Notes: generated by a model not told the origin, from the sequence alone. 64,000 bases of DNA from Patescibacteria group bacterium (GCA_041650715.1 JBAZKQ010000001.1:659913-723912), one strand, 5' to 3'; counted from the first letter of the stretch, positions 18,952-27,983 are shown. Numbers and translations: made by a program.

Positions 18952-19461
18952 ATGAAAAAATTATTTTACATCTCTCTACCCGCGCTCGCTTTCTTTGCTC
19001 TGCCGGCCAAAGCGATTTGCCCGGTCTGCATCGTGGCTGTCGGCGCCGGCTTGGGGCTAAGCGAATATCTCGGGATTGACGATACGATTGCCGGTGTTTG
19101 GATTGGCGGTATGATTGTCGCCATGATTGCCTGGACGATTAATTGGCTTAACGGCAAAAATTGGAAATTTATCAATAAAGACTTACGCGATGTTTTAATT
19201 ACCATTATTTATTACCTAATGGTTATCTGGCCGCTCATGAGCCGAAATATTATCGGGCACCCTTGGAATAAGCTCTTCGGCATCGATAAATTAGTCCTCG
19301 GTATCGCCGTCGGCAGCTTGGGATTTTTGGGCGCCACCCTCTGGTATAGCGACATCAAAAAAAATAATGGCGGCCACGCCCAGTTCCCTTTTCAAAAAGT
19401 TGTCTGGCCGGTCGGCGCGCTTTTGATTTTAAGTTTTGCTTTTTATTTGTTAATTCGATAA
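18952..19461 (+). CDS. Polytopic membrane protein with a single CPVC motif
   Basis: Start ATG abuts the stop of 18550..18951 (taaATG). 4-5 predicted TM helices, with AICPVCIVAVGAG at the first. Confidence 0.55.
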   Translation: MKKLFYISLPALAFFALPAKAICPVCIVAVGAGLGLSEYLGIDDTIAGVWIGGMIVAMIAWTINWLNGKNWKFINKDLRDVLITIIYYLMVIWPLMSRNIIGHPWNKLFGIDKLVLGIAVGSLGFLGATLWYSDIKKNNGGHAQFPFQKVVWPVGALLILSFAFYLLIR

Positions 19462-19483
19462 ATTAAAATTAATCTTTAAAAAT

Positions 19484-20005
19484 ATGTCCGACAATATTAT
19501 GAGTTTAAACGAGATGATCGATAAGGTCGATAAAATGAAAAAAGATCACGAACTCGATCTCTCTTCGGACCAAGATTTAAGCATCGCCATCATGAATCTG
19601 GTGAGCATCGAAGAACATTTCTTCTTTACCGGAGCCAAAACCGGGAATCCGAAATATTTTGATTTGCTTAGCGAAGTGCGCGAAATGCGCAAATCGCTTC
19701 TCAAAAAAATCATTAAAGAATATGAGGGCGAGGTTTGGTGTATCTCTAAACATTTGCTGGCGGCGAGCTATCGCCTGATGGAAGTGGGAACTAAGGCCCA
19801 GGGTAACGGCAAAAAAGAGGACGCCGCCGATATGTTTAAAAAATCTTACGACCTCTATTCCCTGTTTTGGGGCTTAAATATGAAATTAATTGATCTCGGT
19901 GAGGTAAAAAAAATTGACGACGACGCGATAAATACTGAGAAAAAAGGTTTAACCGGTCGCCTCGGCGCGCTGGTTAAAAAGCTGGTCAATTGTTGTATTG
20001 AATAA
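19484..20005 (+). CDS. Hypothetical protein
   Basis: Intact 173-aa ORF ending at a bidirectional terminator. No recognised motif. Confidence 0.5.
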   Translation: MSDNIMSLNEMIDKVDKMKKDHELDLSSDQDLSIAIMNLVSIEEHFFFTGAKTGNPKYFDLLSEVREMRKSLLKKIIKEYEGEVWCISKHLLAASYRLMEVGTKAQGNGKKEDAADMFKKSYDLYSLFWGLNMKLIDLGEVKKIDDDAINTEKKGLTGRLGALVKKLVNCCIE

Positions 20006-20023
20006 ATATTATAATGAAAAAGA

Positions 20024-20048
20024 AAAAAGAGCCGGCTGGCTCTTTTTT
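20024..20048. terminator. Bidirectional intrinsic terminator between convergent genes
   Basis: aaaaaagagcc-ggct-ggctcttttttg: a GC stem flanked by A- and T-runs. Confidence 0.75.
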
Positions 20049-20052
20049 GATA

Positions 20053-20718
20053 TCAGGCGTTAAATTGTTCAGTTTTAAAAACGTGTGCATCTTCCGCGCG
20101 CGAATCGGGAGACAAAAGCAAAAGATCAGAGTTGCCAAAATGAAATTGCGTTAAAACTGATTTCCATTCTAAATTATAATAAGCGGCATAAATCATTTTC
20201 CCGATATCGCCGTGAGTGACGAGCAAAACATTTTCGTCCGGCTGGCGCTCGCCCATACCTATGTGGCGCTCGCTGATAATTCGTAAAAGGTCCTCCGCCC
20301 GCTTAAACAAATCGGGGAATGTTTCGGCGCCCTCGGGCGATAAAAAATATTTAATAGTTTCACTCATTAATATATCCGGCGCGCAGTATTTTTCAATCTC
20401 GTCTGTCCGCCGTCCCGTCATTACCCCAAAATCACGCTCGACTAACTCGGGTAAAATTTGCGGTGGCGCTAATTTTAAACGTTCACATATTATTTTTGCT
20501 GTCCGGTGCGCACGTTCTAAGGGCGAACAGTAAACAAAGGAGAAGTAAGGCTTTCCGGGCGCATAAGATACTGCGGACCGATTAGCGATAATCTGCTCCG
20601 CTAGGCTTTCCGCCTGCGCTTCACCTAAAGAAGTTAATTTCCCGTCGCGCCGCCCGTTAAGAATACCGGCCGCATTATCCTCGTCTTGCCCGTGACGTAC
20701 CAAATAAATTTTTAGCAT
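20053..20718 (-). CDS. Histidine phosphatase family protein (phosphoglycerate mutase-like)
   Basis: IYLVRHGQ (RHG motif) and LVTHGD motifs. Confidence 0.85.
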   Translation of the reverse strand: MLKIYLVRHGQDEDNAAGILNGRRDGKLTSLGEAQAESLAEQIIANRSAVSYAPGKPYFSFVYCSPLERAHRTAKIICERLKLAPPQILPELVERDFGVMTGRRTDEIEKYCAPDILMSETIKYFLSPEGAETFPDLFKRAEDLLRIISERHIGMGERQPDENVLLVTHGDIGKMIYAAYYNLEWKSVLTQFHFGNSDLLLLSPDSRAEDAHVFKTEQFNA

Positions 20719-20734
20719 AAATATTTAAACTCAC

Positions 20735-21145
20735 TTAATCATATTTCTTCCGGAAATCGTCTTCATCGCCATAGCGCGCAAACTTTTGCGCGACCTGGCT
20801 GGCTTGCGTTTTAAAGCCGGGCTTATTCTCATGCATGACACCGCACCAATATTTTTCCGTCCGCCCGGCGATTTCTTTCGCGTAAAGAAAAAATCCGTTG
20901 GCATAACCGCAGTACATACAGCCTAATTTTTCGTAGGGCTCAAGATATTCGAGACGGGCGCGATCAAAAATCTGAATATACTCGCGGCGCCGAACTTTCT
21001 CTAAACCATAAATCGGAAAACAAATCGCTTGGTATAAATATACGAGTACATCTAAAAAAATAATAGCGACCAGGGGCAACCAAATAAAAGGTAACGAGAA
21101 AAGATGACCATAGAAGCGCTGCGAACGGAATTTGCGGTAATCCAT
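20735..21145 (-). CDS. Hypothetical membrane protein
   Basis: 136-aa ORF with an N-terminal TM pair and a CMYCGY...WCG Cys cluster. No family recognised. Confidence 0.5.
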   Translation of the reverse strand: MDYRKFRSQRFYGHLFSLPFIWLPLVAIIFLDVLVYLYQAICFPIYGLEKVRRREYIQIFDRARLEYLEPYEKLGCMYCGYANGFFLYAKEIAGRTEKYWCGVMHENKPGFKTQASQVAQKFARYGDEDDFRKKYD

Positions 21146-21214
21146 AATACTTAAATTTAAGCGATATAATTAGAGCCCAGAATTAATGATTAAAACACAG
21201 AATTAATTCCGCGA

Positions 21215-21382
21215 TTAATCCACCGCTTGAAAAAAATCACAGTGTCCATTCGGCGGGACTTCGGTTTTACTTTCTGAGCAATAATACTGGCCCTCACCGA
21301 GAGAAAAACTTGTGCAATGGCGACATTGCGTCGCCTCATTACCCCAATCCGCAATGTAGTCCGCCTCGATTTCGTGTGCCAT
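21215..21382 (-). CDS. Small 4-Cys protein (55 aa), HiPIP-like Cys spacing
   Basis: Below the track length cutoff. My translation is MAHEIEADYIADWGNEATQCRHCTSFSLGEGQYYCSESKTEVPPNGHCDFFQAVD, with Cys at 20, 23, 35 and 48. It fills an otherwise empty 246-nt gap. Confidence 0.45.
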   Translation of the reverse strand: MAHEIEADYIADWGNEATQCRHCTSFSLGEGQYYCSESKTEVPPNGHCDFFQAVD

Positions 21383-21391
21383 AAATTTATA

Positions 21392-22174
21392 TTAAAAATT
21401 TTCTTGAAATTTTCTCACTATTTTTAAAACCAAACGGCGCGGGAAAAAACGAACCAAAAAAGCCATGAACGCATTTTTCCAGCCGGAAATAGCAACAATT
21501 TTCCCGGCCATAAGCGCCCGGTAGCCGTCTTCGGCCACGGAACGGGCCGTGGGCAATTTTCGATTTTTCATCAACCGACTACCATCTAAATTAGCCACCG
21601 CCTTAAAATTACTGGCGGTCGGCCCGGGGCAAAGCGCGGTTACGCTTATATTTTTTGTTTTAAGTTCGTTCGCGATGGCTTCGCTAAAATGAAGTACGAA
21701 GGCCTTAGTCGCATAATAAACGCTCATGAGCGGGCCCGGCTGAAACGCAGCCGTCGAGGCAACATTTAATATTCGGCCCTTCCCTTTTTCAATCATGGCC
21801 GGCAAAAAAAGATGCGTCAAATAAACGAGCGCCGAAATATTTAAATTTATCATGCCTAATTGTCTTTCGATTTTACTATCAGCGAAAGGACCAAAATCAC
21901 CAAAACCGGCATTATTAACCAAATTTTCGACAAATAAATCATGCGCCACGCAATACGCCTTAACCGCTTCAACCGATTTCATTTCGCGCAAATCGCCAGC
22001 CAAATAGAGGGCCGTAATTCCATGCTTCAGCGCGAGCTCTTCCGCTAATTTACTAAGTTCCGCTCCACTACGCGCCACTAAAAGTAAATCCTGTTTATGT
22101 TCCGCAAAAACAAAAGACAATTCACGGCCGATACCGGATGAGGCACCTGTAATTAGTGTAATTGCTTTGGCCAT
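21392..22174 (-). CDS. SDR-family oxidoreductase
   Basis: TGASSGIG cofactor motif and YYATKAF catalytic motif. Starting at Met14 (MAKAITLITGASSGIG) removes the overlap with the upstream gene. Confidence 0.85.
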   Translation of the reverse strand: MAKAITLITGASSGIGRELSFVFAEHKQDLLLVARSGAELSKLAEELALKHGITALYLAGDLREMKSVEAVKAYCVAHDLFVENLVNNAGFGDFGPFADSKIERQLGMINLNISALVYLTHLFLPAMIEKGKGRILNVASTAAFQPGPLMSVYYATKAFVLHFSEAIANELKTKNISVTALCPGPTASNFKAVANLDGSRLMKNRKLPTARSVAEDGYRALMAGKIVAISGWKNAFMAFLVRFFPRRLVLKIVRKFQENF

Positions 22175-22178
22175 ATTT

Positions 22179-22922
22179 TTATTGATTGCTTGAGACCGAA
22201 AGCAGCATCGCATCGAATTGCTTATTGATTGTTACTCGATCAAATTCTTTAACGGCGCCTTCCGGATAATTTTCCAAAACTCCATAATGAATAAAGTAGC
22301 GAGCAGCGAGACAAGGATTTGTTCCCGGCATAGCATAGACGCTTTCTTCGTAGCGATTACCCGCGCCCGCGCCGGTTGAGGAGGCAAAAGAATAAACCAA
22401 GCCATCCTTAAGTGTCGTCGTGGCCGGTAGGCCATTCGCCATATCTAAAAATAAATTTGCACTGCAATCAGTCGCGCCCGGTATCGTTTCGACACTAAAA
22501 TAAGAATCAGCCGATAGATTAGTTCCGCTCGCCAATGACTCGGGAATAACAAAGGCCACACCGCTGATATCTTTCCCCGGACCGAGCTCTTGATATTTAT
22601 AATCACTCTTAACCGTGTAACCGTCGGGGTAACGCGAAGAAAAACCAATTTTATCGTTGGTGTAAAGATTCGGCAATTCCTCAGGAATCGGATTATAGTT
22701 TATATCGCCGGTTTCATTTTGAGTTTGATCTTGAGTTTGGTCCGGATTCTGATTTTGCTGGCCAGTTTGAGCAGTCTCGTCATTATTTAAACTTTCCGCC
22801 AATTGCGCTTTTTTGTTTACTAAAATATAGGCATAGTAGGCCAAGCCTAAAATGAGCACCAGAATAAGCACCATTGAAACTTTTTTACGCATAGTATTAT
22901 TTTTATGTTTATATAGCCACAT
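22179..22922 (-). CDS. Hypothetical membrane-anchored/secreted protein
   Basis: N-terminal TM (VSMVLILVLILGLAYYAYILV) and a Q/N/T-rich low-complexity linker. The likelier start is MRKKVSM at 22892. Confidence 0.55.
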   Translation of the reverse strand: MWLYKHKNNTMRKKVSMVLILVLILGLAYYAYILVNKKAQLAESLNNDETAQTGQQNQNPDQTQDQTQNETGDINYNPIPEELPNLYTNDKIGFSSRYPDGYTVKSDYKYQELGPGKDISGVAFVIPESLASGTNLSADSYFSVETIPGATDCSANLFLDMANGLPATTTLKDGLVYSFASSTGAGAGNRYEESVYAMPGTNPCLAARYFIHYGVLENYPEGAVKEFDRVTINKQFDAMLLSVSSNQ

Positions 22923-22981
22923 ATACCCATTATATCACGCTACCACATAAAAACTACCCCCGTTTTCTTGAGCTCGGAGGC

Positions 22982-23563
22982 TTAAATGATACGGTGATAA
23001 AATTCAAGGACTTTAGCCATATCGATATTCTTCGGTAATTCTGCCGGACTCGGCTCGTCCAAGAAGCGCCCGCCATCGGGCATAAATAATAGAAAGGTCG
23101 CCACCTCGGAATTTTTACGATTCAAGGCAATCGCCTCTCGAAAAATTCTATTTTTAAGAATTTTGGCATTAAGATTAACGTTTTGTCCGCTCTTTAATTT
23201 ATAAGAAGGGATATCTAATTTTCGGCCGTCCACTAAGATATGCCCGTGCGTCACGAGCTGCCGCGCCTGCTCTCGGGTTCTCGCGAGACCGAGACGAAAA
23301 ACAATATTATCCAATCTCATCTCTACCCGACGCAATAATTCAATTTGCGGATCTTTCTGACCGGCAAAAGCCTCCTTGGCATAGCGCCGCATTTGCTTCT
23401 CCATGATGCCATAAATGAATTTAAGCTTCTGCTTCTCAACAAGAATTAAACCGTAATCCGACTTTCGCTTCGGCTTCAGGCCTTGGCGGCGAATACTGGC
23501 GGTCGCCGGAGCGAGGCCGAATTCCTGGCTTTTTCGTAGTTTTGGTCCAATATATCTGGCCAT
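22982..23563 (-). CDS. rpsD: 30S ribosomal protein S4
   Basis: [17 protein letters not shown]-terminus and an S4 RNA-binding domain ([31 protein letters not shown]). Confidence 0.9.
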   Translation of the reverse strand: MARYIGPKLRKSQEFGLAPATASIRRQGLKPKRKSDYGLILVEKQKLKFIYGIMEKQMRRYAKEAFAGQKDPQIELLRRVEMRLDNIVFRLGLARTREQARQLVTHGHILVDGRKLDIPSYKLKSGQNVNLNAKILKNRIFREAIALNRKNSEVATFLLFMPDGGRFLDEPSPAELPKNIDMAKVLEFYHRII

Positions 23564-23642
23564 ATTTAATTTAATTAATAATTAAGTGTGAGTATATTAC
23601 GCGGGAAAAATAAAAAAATTCATCTCCGCCCGGCGGAAGAGC

Positions 23643-24209
23643 TCATATTATTACAACTCCTGTTTCCCCGGGATGCAGGCCCGCGGCGTTAGCTTCGTCC
23701 GTATCTAAATGAAGGTTCCAGACATAATCAGCCCGCACTCGAACAATTACTTGCTCAAAAATAAGCGCGCGCTCCCGTCCACATTTCACGGAGACAATCT
23801 GGCCATCATGAAGATTATATTTTTCAGCGTCCTCCAAGGAGGCATGAATATGTCTTTGTGGTATAATCACGCAATTCTTAAACACTTGTCCTTGGGGACC
23901 AATAATTTTTAGCTTCGCCGCCGCAGACGTATCACCGGAAAGCGCTAAAGGAGCTATAAGGCCGAGCTTAAGCGCATCGGTTTGAGCAAGCTCGACTTGC
24001 GTTTCCGCGCGCTCCGGACCGACGACTCGAACATTTTCTATGAGCTTATCGCCATTTTCGAGGCTAACTTTCTCCATCGCGACATACTGACCGGTTTGAG
24101 AAATAGCTCTTAAGGGTCTAAGCTTATAGCCGACCCCGAACAACGCTTCGACATCCGTCCGGCTAAGATGGATATGTCTGGCGGATATTTCTATGGGAAT
24201 AATTATCAT
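23643..24209 (-). CDS. pduL: PduL-type phosphate acyltransferase
   Basis: Two PduL repeats with ISARHIHLS and IPQRHIHAS motifs. Confidence 0.85.
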   Translation of the reverse strand: MIIIPIEISARHIHLSRTDVEALFGVGYKLRPLRAISQTGQYVAMEKVSLENGDKLIENVRVVGPERAETQVELAQTDALKLGLIAPLALSGDTSAAAKLKIIGPQGQVFKNCVIIPQRHIHASLEDAEKYNLHDGQIVSVKCGRERALIFEQVIVRVRADYVWNLHLDTDEANAAGLHPGETGVVII

Positions 24210-24445
24210 ACATAAATTGTTATTTGATTAATAAGAGGATGAAATCTATTTGCCGACTATATAATTTAATACGCTTTTCAATAATAAATTGAGCATAAAA
24301 ATAGTGGCCTGCCTTTATCTCGTTTTTATCTATTTGAATTCTATTTGGACACAAAATAAAAATACCCATTTGGGTATTTTTATATGATGATTATCAGGGG
24401 CTATATCCGAACTTTTTTAAACCAAACTATTTACAATAGGCAAAA

Positions 24446-25048
24446 TTACTTCTGAGCGATTATCCTGGCCACTCCATGCTTATGCGGCTTAAGAGATCCG
24501 GAGTGCCCTGGGTCCAGTATGGTATTTTCCAGATAATAAACTATCTTATAACCGGAAAAGATATTCAATAATTCCTGCTCTTCGAAATAGCTGGTGAATT
24601 TTTTATCTAAGATAAAACTGGGATCTTTTTTAGTAAAAACTTCGATAATGATGTAAGCGTCTTTTTGAATATTATCCTGCAAACTTCTTAATATTTTCAG
24701 AACACTATCCTTATCTGAAAAGTTTAGAACATTGCGGCAAATTATTACCTGGTATTTATCTTTCTCAATATCAAAATCATTGATATCGCCGCAAATCAAT
24801 TCTAAATTGTCGAGCTTAAATTCGTCTTTTTTGGTTTTTATTTGATTAATGGCCACATCTGAACTATCGATAGCAGTAACAAAAAAACCATTTTTAGATA
24901 AAAATAGAGAGTCAATTCCCTGGCCGCAGCCCAAATCAATAATTTTGCTGTTTGGCAAAAAGCTCTTCCAAACAAGACTTAAAATTTGACTGGGCTTGGT
25001 GTCGCTCTCAATTCCAGAAGATAAGTATATTTTATTATATTTTTCCAT
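24446..25048 (-). CDS. Class I SAM-dependent methyltransferase (TehB-like)
   Basis: Motif I IIDLGCGQGIDSLFL. Confidence 0.75.
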   Translation of the reverse strand: MEKYNKIYLSSGIESDTKPSQILSLVWKSFLPNSKIIDLGCGQGIDSLFLSKNGFFVTAIDSSDVAINQIKTKKDEFKLDNLELICGDINDFDIEKDKYQVIICRNVLNFSDKDSVLKILRSLQDNIQKDAYIIIEVFTKKDPSFILDKKFTSYFEEQELLNIFSGYKIVYYLENTILDPGHSGSLKPHKHGVARIIAQK

Positions 25049-25050
25049 AC

Positions 25051-25725
25051 TTATTTATTCTTGTTATGACTATTTATCCCCTTTACGAATTCTCTTTCCA
25101 CTTCGCTTAAGCTAATTTTATAAACTTTAAAAAATTCTTTTTTAAAACTGGTATAATAATACTCCTTATCAAGCAGGGTTAATAATTCTTTAACTTTTTG
25201 GAAAGAATATTTATTTATCAAATAGTTAACAAATAAAGCCGCGACCTGATAGGCTTGCCTGTCGACTCGTTTATTCCAGTCAGATTTGGTAGCTAATTTC
25301 TTACAAAAATCATTTTCCGCTTTCTTAACGGCATATTCGGCGTCTTTATATTGTTTAGCAACATATTGAGCCAGGCCCTCATCCAACCATTTTGGGACAG
25401 TCTTCCCATTCGCTAATTTATTAACAAATAAATGAGCAAATTCATGTTTTAAAACAGGCAAAAATTCTCGACTACTATGGATGCTATCTCTTTTAAGCGC
25501 CACGGGGCTTAAAATAGCAATTTCATTATTAGGGGACGCGTTGGCAATTATCCAAGTTTCGGTTTCTTCTCCAATGTAGTGGTTAAATTCTTTTCGACTG
25601 GGGAATATATAAACAGTAACATTGGCCAAGTTATCTTTAAAAACTTTAGAAGTGTCATTAAAGGCCTTCAAGACTTTATGCTTTAAGATATCTTTATCTT
25701 GCCCTTTGTAGATTATTCTAATCAT
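25051..25725 (-). CDS. Putative zinc metallopeptidase-like protein (HExxH)
   Basis: LKHEFAHLF with a downstream WLDEGLAQY, which is a gluzincin-like arrangement. Lies 2 nt upstream of the methyltransferase. Confidence 0.5.
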   Translation of the reverse strand: MIRIIYKGQDKDILKHKVLKAFNDTSKVFKDNLANVTVYIFPSRKEFNHYIGEETETWIIANASPNNEIAILSPVALKRDSIHSSREFLPVLKHEFAHLFVNKLANGKTVPKWLDEGLAQYVAKQYKDAEYAVKKAENDFCKKLATKSDWNKRVDRQAYQVAALFVNYLINKYSFQKVKELLTLLDKEYYYTSFKKEFFKVYKISLSEVEREFVKGINSHNKNK

Positions 25726-25751
25726 TTCTATAAAACGCTAATTTTTAAACA

Positions 25752-25862
25752 TTATGACAAAATCATCAGCGATGGAAAAGGCTGGTAGGGCGGCTTGCTA
25801 TAAGCATCTTTCAGAATCTCTGCGCATACCGGCAAGTCATTTCGTTTGATTTTTCTGATCAT
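25752..25862 (-). pseudogene. Possible truncated GNAT acetyltransferase N-terminus (36 codons)
   Basis: My translation MIRKIKRNDLPVCAEILKDAYSKPPYQPFPSLMILS* resembles the first beta-strand/helix of GNAT enzymes and then stops. Confidence 0.3.
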
Positions 25863-25935
25863 ATTGTTTTAGTTAATATGGCGGGATACGCCTGAAACGT
25901 CATCAACGGCCTTTATTTTAGTTAAACATTACTAA

Positions 25936-27003
25936 CTAATTAATCTTTACATATCTCGTTCCCCGCCCGCGGCCGATGGGTTTTATTTTTTGGAGTTTCA
26001 TTAGACGAGCCAATGCTTGGCGCACGGTTGGCATGAGCACACCTGTGGCTTTTACAATATCGCTCGGACTGGCCTCAAGGGTGCCGGAGATATAATGCCA
26101 AACTTGATATTGTTTAGGTGAAAGAGTATCTTCAACTTTTTCTTCTTCAAGATAAACTAAAGCCATGGTCGCTTGTTCTTTAATCACGGCTAGAAAAAAA
26201 TTAAGCCAAGGGGAAATAGTGTCATAATCGGTTTTAAATGTTTCTTGAGATTTACGTAGGGCGATATAATATTCATCTTTTCGTTTCTCGACTAATTGCT
26301 CATGTGAGACATACTGAATAAACTGATAACCGTGACGAAGCAAAAGAAGATTAGTAAGTACACGAGCCAGACGTCCGTTACCATCCTCAAACGGATGAAT
26401 TTTCAAAAATTCAATAACAAAGTTAGAGATAATGAGTAGGGGATGAAAACGGTTCTTCTCAAGAGCTTCCGCTGTCCATTCAACGAGCGCCTGCATTTCT
26501 ATTGGCGTCAGATAAGCCGGAGTCGTTTCAAATATTATTTTAGCGACTTGCCCGTCCGGGCCCATTACGCCGACAGCATTTTCTTTTTTCTTATACTGAC
26601 CTCGCTGTCGTTCGTCTTTGCTAGAATATTTAAGAAGTTCATTGTGTAATGATTGAATAGTACTTTCTCGAAGCGACAATGTCTGGTAACTATCAAAAAC
26701 GTTTTGCAGGGTTTCAAGATAGCCCTGCACTTCCTGTGAATCTCGATCAGCAAACTGAGAAACCGCCAAACCCTGCATAATTTTCTGGACTTCTTCGTCG
26801 TTTAGTTTGGATCCTTCAATACGAGTCGAGGCGCCGGCCGAAGTGATTAGGGTTGATTTCTTAAGATTAGTTATCGCTTGAGGTGTCATCCGCAAACCAG
26901 ATTTAAACTCGCCCCTAATACCGTCAATTTCGGCCAAAAACGCCACAATGTGCGGTTCTGGGTTCTTGATACGATTATCAAATTTTAGAGTATTGTCGTT
27001 CAT
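25936..27003 (-). CDS. Fic family protein (AMPylase-type) with a C-terminal winged-helix-like region
   Basis: Fic motif HPFEDGNGRLARVL. Confidence 0.9.
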   Translation of the reverse strand: MNDNTLKFDNRIKNPEPHIVAFLAEIDGIRGEFKSGLRMTPQAITNLKKSTLITSAGASTRIEGSKLNDEEVQKIMQGLAVSQFADRDSQEVQGYLETLQNVFDSYQTLSLRESTIQSLHNELLKYSSKDERQRGQYKKKENAVGVMGPDGQVAKIIFETTPAYLTPIEMQALVEWTAEALEKNRFHPLLIISNFVIEFLKIHPFEDGNGRLARVLTNLLLLRHGYQFIQYVSHEQLVEKRKDEYYIALRKSQETFKTDYDTISPWLNFFLAVIKEQATMALVYLEEEKVEDTLSPKQYQVWHYISGTLEASPSDIVKATGVLMPTVRQALARLMKLQKIKPIGRGRGTRYVKIN

Positions 27004-27033
27004 AAAATTGCTTATAATTAATGATATACACCT

Positions 27034-27070
27034 TATAGCAGATTATAGCAGTAAATAGCAGATTAATCAA
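27034..27070 (-). promoter_or_regulatory. fic promoter with three embedded 10-bp direct repeats
   Basis: On the minus strand: TTGATT (27070-27065), 17 nt, TATAAT (27047-27042). ATAGCAG occurs at 27035, 27045 and 27055, an exact 10-bp period. Confidence 0.55.
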
Positions 27071-27150
27071 GTAGTCTCATGCTTTCGCCCTGCCCAAATT
27101 TGGAACTTTTGAATATCAAAAAATAAGGCTTAACCTTATTTTTGACTTAC

Positions 27151-27165
27151 TGCGGAGAAGGACGG
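27151..27165 (-). repeat. Partial copy of the tRNA-Ser 3' end, preceded by a terminator-like hairpin
   Basis: tgcggagaagga matches 28198-28209. Hairpin aaataagg/ccttattt lies at 27121-27141. Confidence 0.6.
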
Positions 27166-27189
27166 ATGAAGATGGAATGGTCCTAAACT

Positions 27190-27744
27190 TTAAAATACTT
27201 TAGCTCTATTTTTTTGTTTAGGATATATTAATTTTATAATAATATTACTAATTTGCTCAGGACTATTTAAACCAGAATCAAGAGTAATAAGATCATTATC
27301 TTTATATTCTAAATATCCATTGTAAAATTCTTTCATTTTTTTGACTGTAGTACATGAAATATTACTATTGACCGCCTTGGCCCGCGCTACCCTTTCTTTA
27401 AATCTTTTAATCAAGATGATAATCGGGGCTTCGATATTGATTTCAATATAAGAAATTTTACATTCCTTTGCTAATTTTTTATAATCACTATTACTATTTT
27501 TATCAAAACGTCCGGAACCGTCAACTATTAAAGAGAACCCCTCCCTTAAAGCATTTCTCGCTAATTCTAAAGTTAAACGATACGCTACTTTGCGATGTTT
27601 ATCTTTTGAATAATTTCCAATAAACCATTTAATCTTATCCATTGAAATACGAAATGAATTTGGAATTTTTTTTAATAATAATTCACTAACCGTACTTTTG
27701 CCAGAACAGATCGGACCATTAATTACTAAAATAAATTTCTTCAT
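27190..27744 (-). CDS. P-loop kinase / AAA-family ATPase
   Basis: MKKFILVINGPICSGKSTV Walker A. The track start 27909 runs through the GC-rich non-coding module, so I trimmed to Met56. Confidence 0.7.
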   Translation of the reverse strand: MKKFILVINGPICSGKSTVSELLLKKIPNSFRISMDKIKWFIGNYSKDKHRKVAYRLTLELARNALREGFSLIVDGSGRFDKNSNSDYKKLAKECKISYIEINIEAPIIILIKRFKERVARAKAVNSNISCTTVKKMKEFYNGYLEYKDNDLITLDSGLNSPEQISNIIIKLIYPKQKNRAKVF

Positions 27745-27786
27745 ATAAACAAAAAATAGCATTTTTAATGTTATTTCGTCAATCCG

Positions 27787-27938
27787 CCGGTAGGGAGGGA
27801 TTCGGTCACGGTCGCTAAGTCTCGCTCGTTCGCTAAAATCGCGAACTTCGCTCACTAAGCGCCCCGACCCGGCCTCGCGGTGCGTCCGCTCGCAAAGCTC
27901 GCTCCGCACATCGCTCCGGCATTCGAATCCCTCCCGGG
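27787..27938. other. GC-rich hairpin module A bounded by a 12-bp inverted repeat (tRNA T-arm-like)
   Basis: gggagggattcg (27793-27804) pairs with cgaatccctccc (27924-27935). The interior holds local hairpins (gttcgc..gcgaac, gcgg..ccgc). Visibly far more GC-rich than its flanks. Confidence 0.5.
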
Positions 27939-27950
27939 CTCAATATTAAT

Positions 27951-27983
27951 AAAAATAACCCAACGCAGGTTGGGTTATTTTTA
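27951..27983. terminator. A/T-flanked hairpin (bidirectional terminator-like)
   Basis: aaaaataaccca-acgcaggt-tgggttattttt. Confidence 0.6.

Noticed and set aside
24386-24420. Possible degenerate copy of the tRNA-Ser 3' end after the 24357 hairpin (tatatgatgattatcaggggctatatccgaac).
   Set aside because: Similarity beyond the hairpin and TATATG is too weak to distinguish from chance. Only the hairpin copy is used as evidence.
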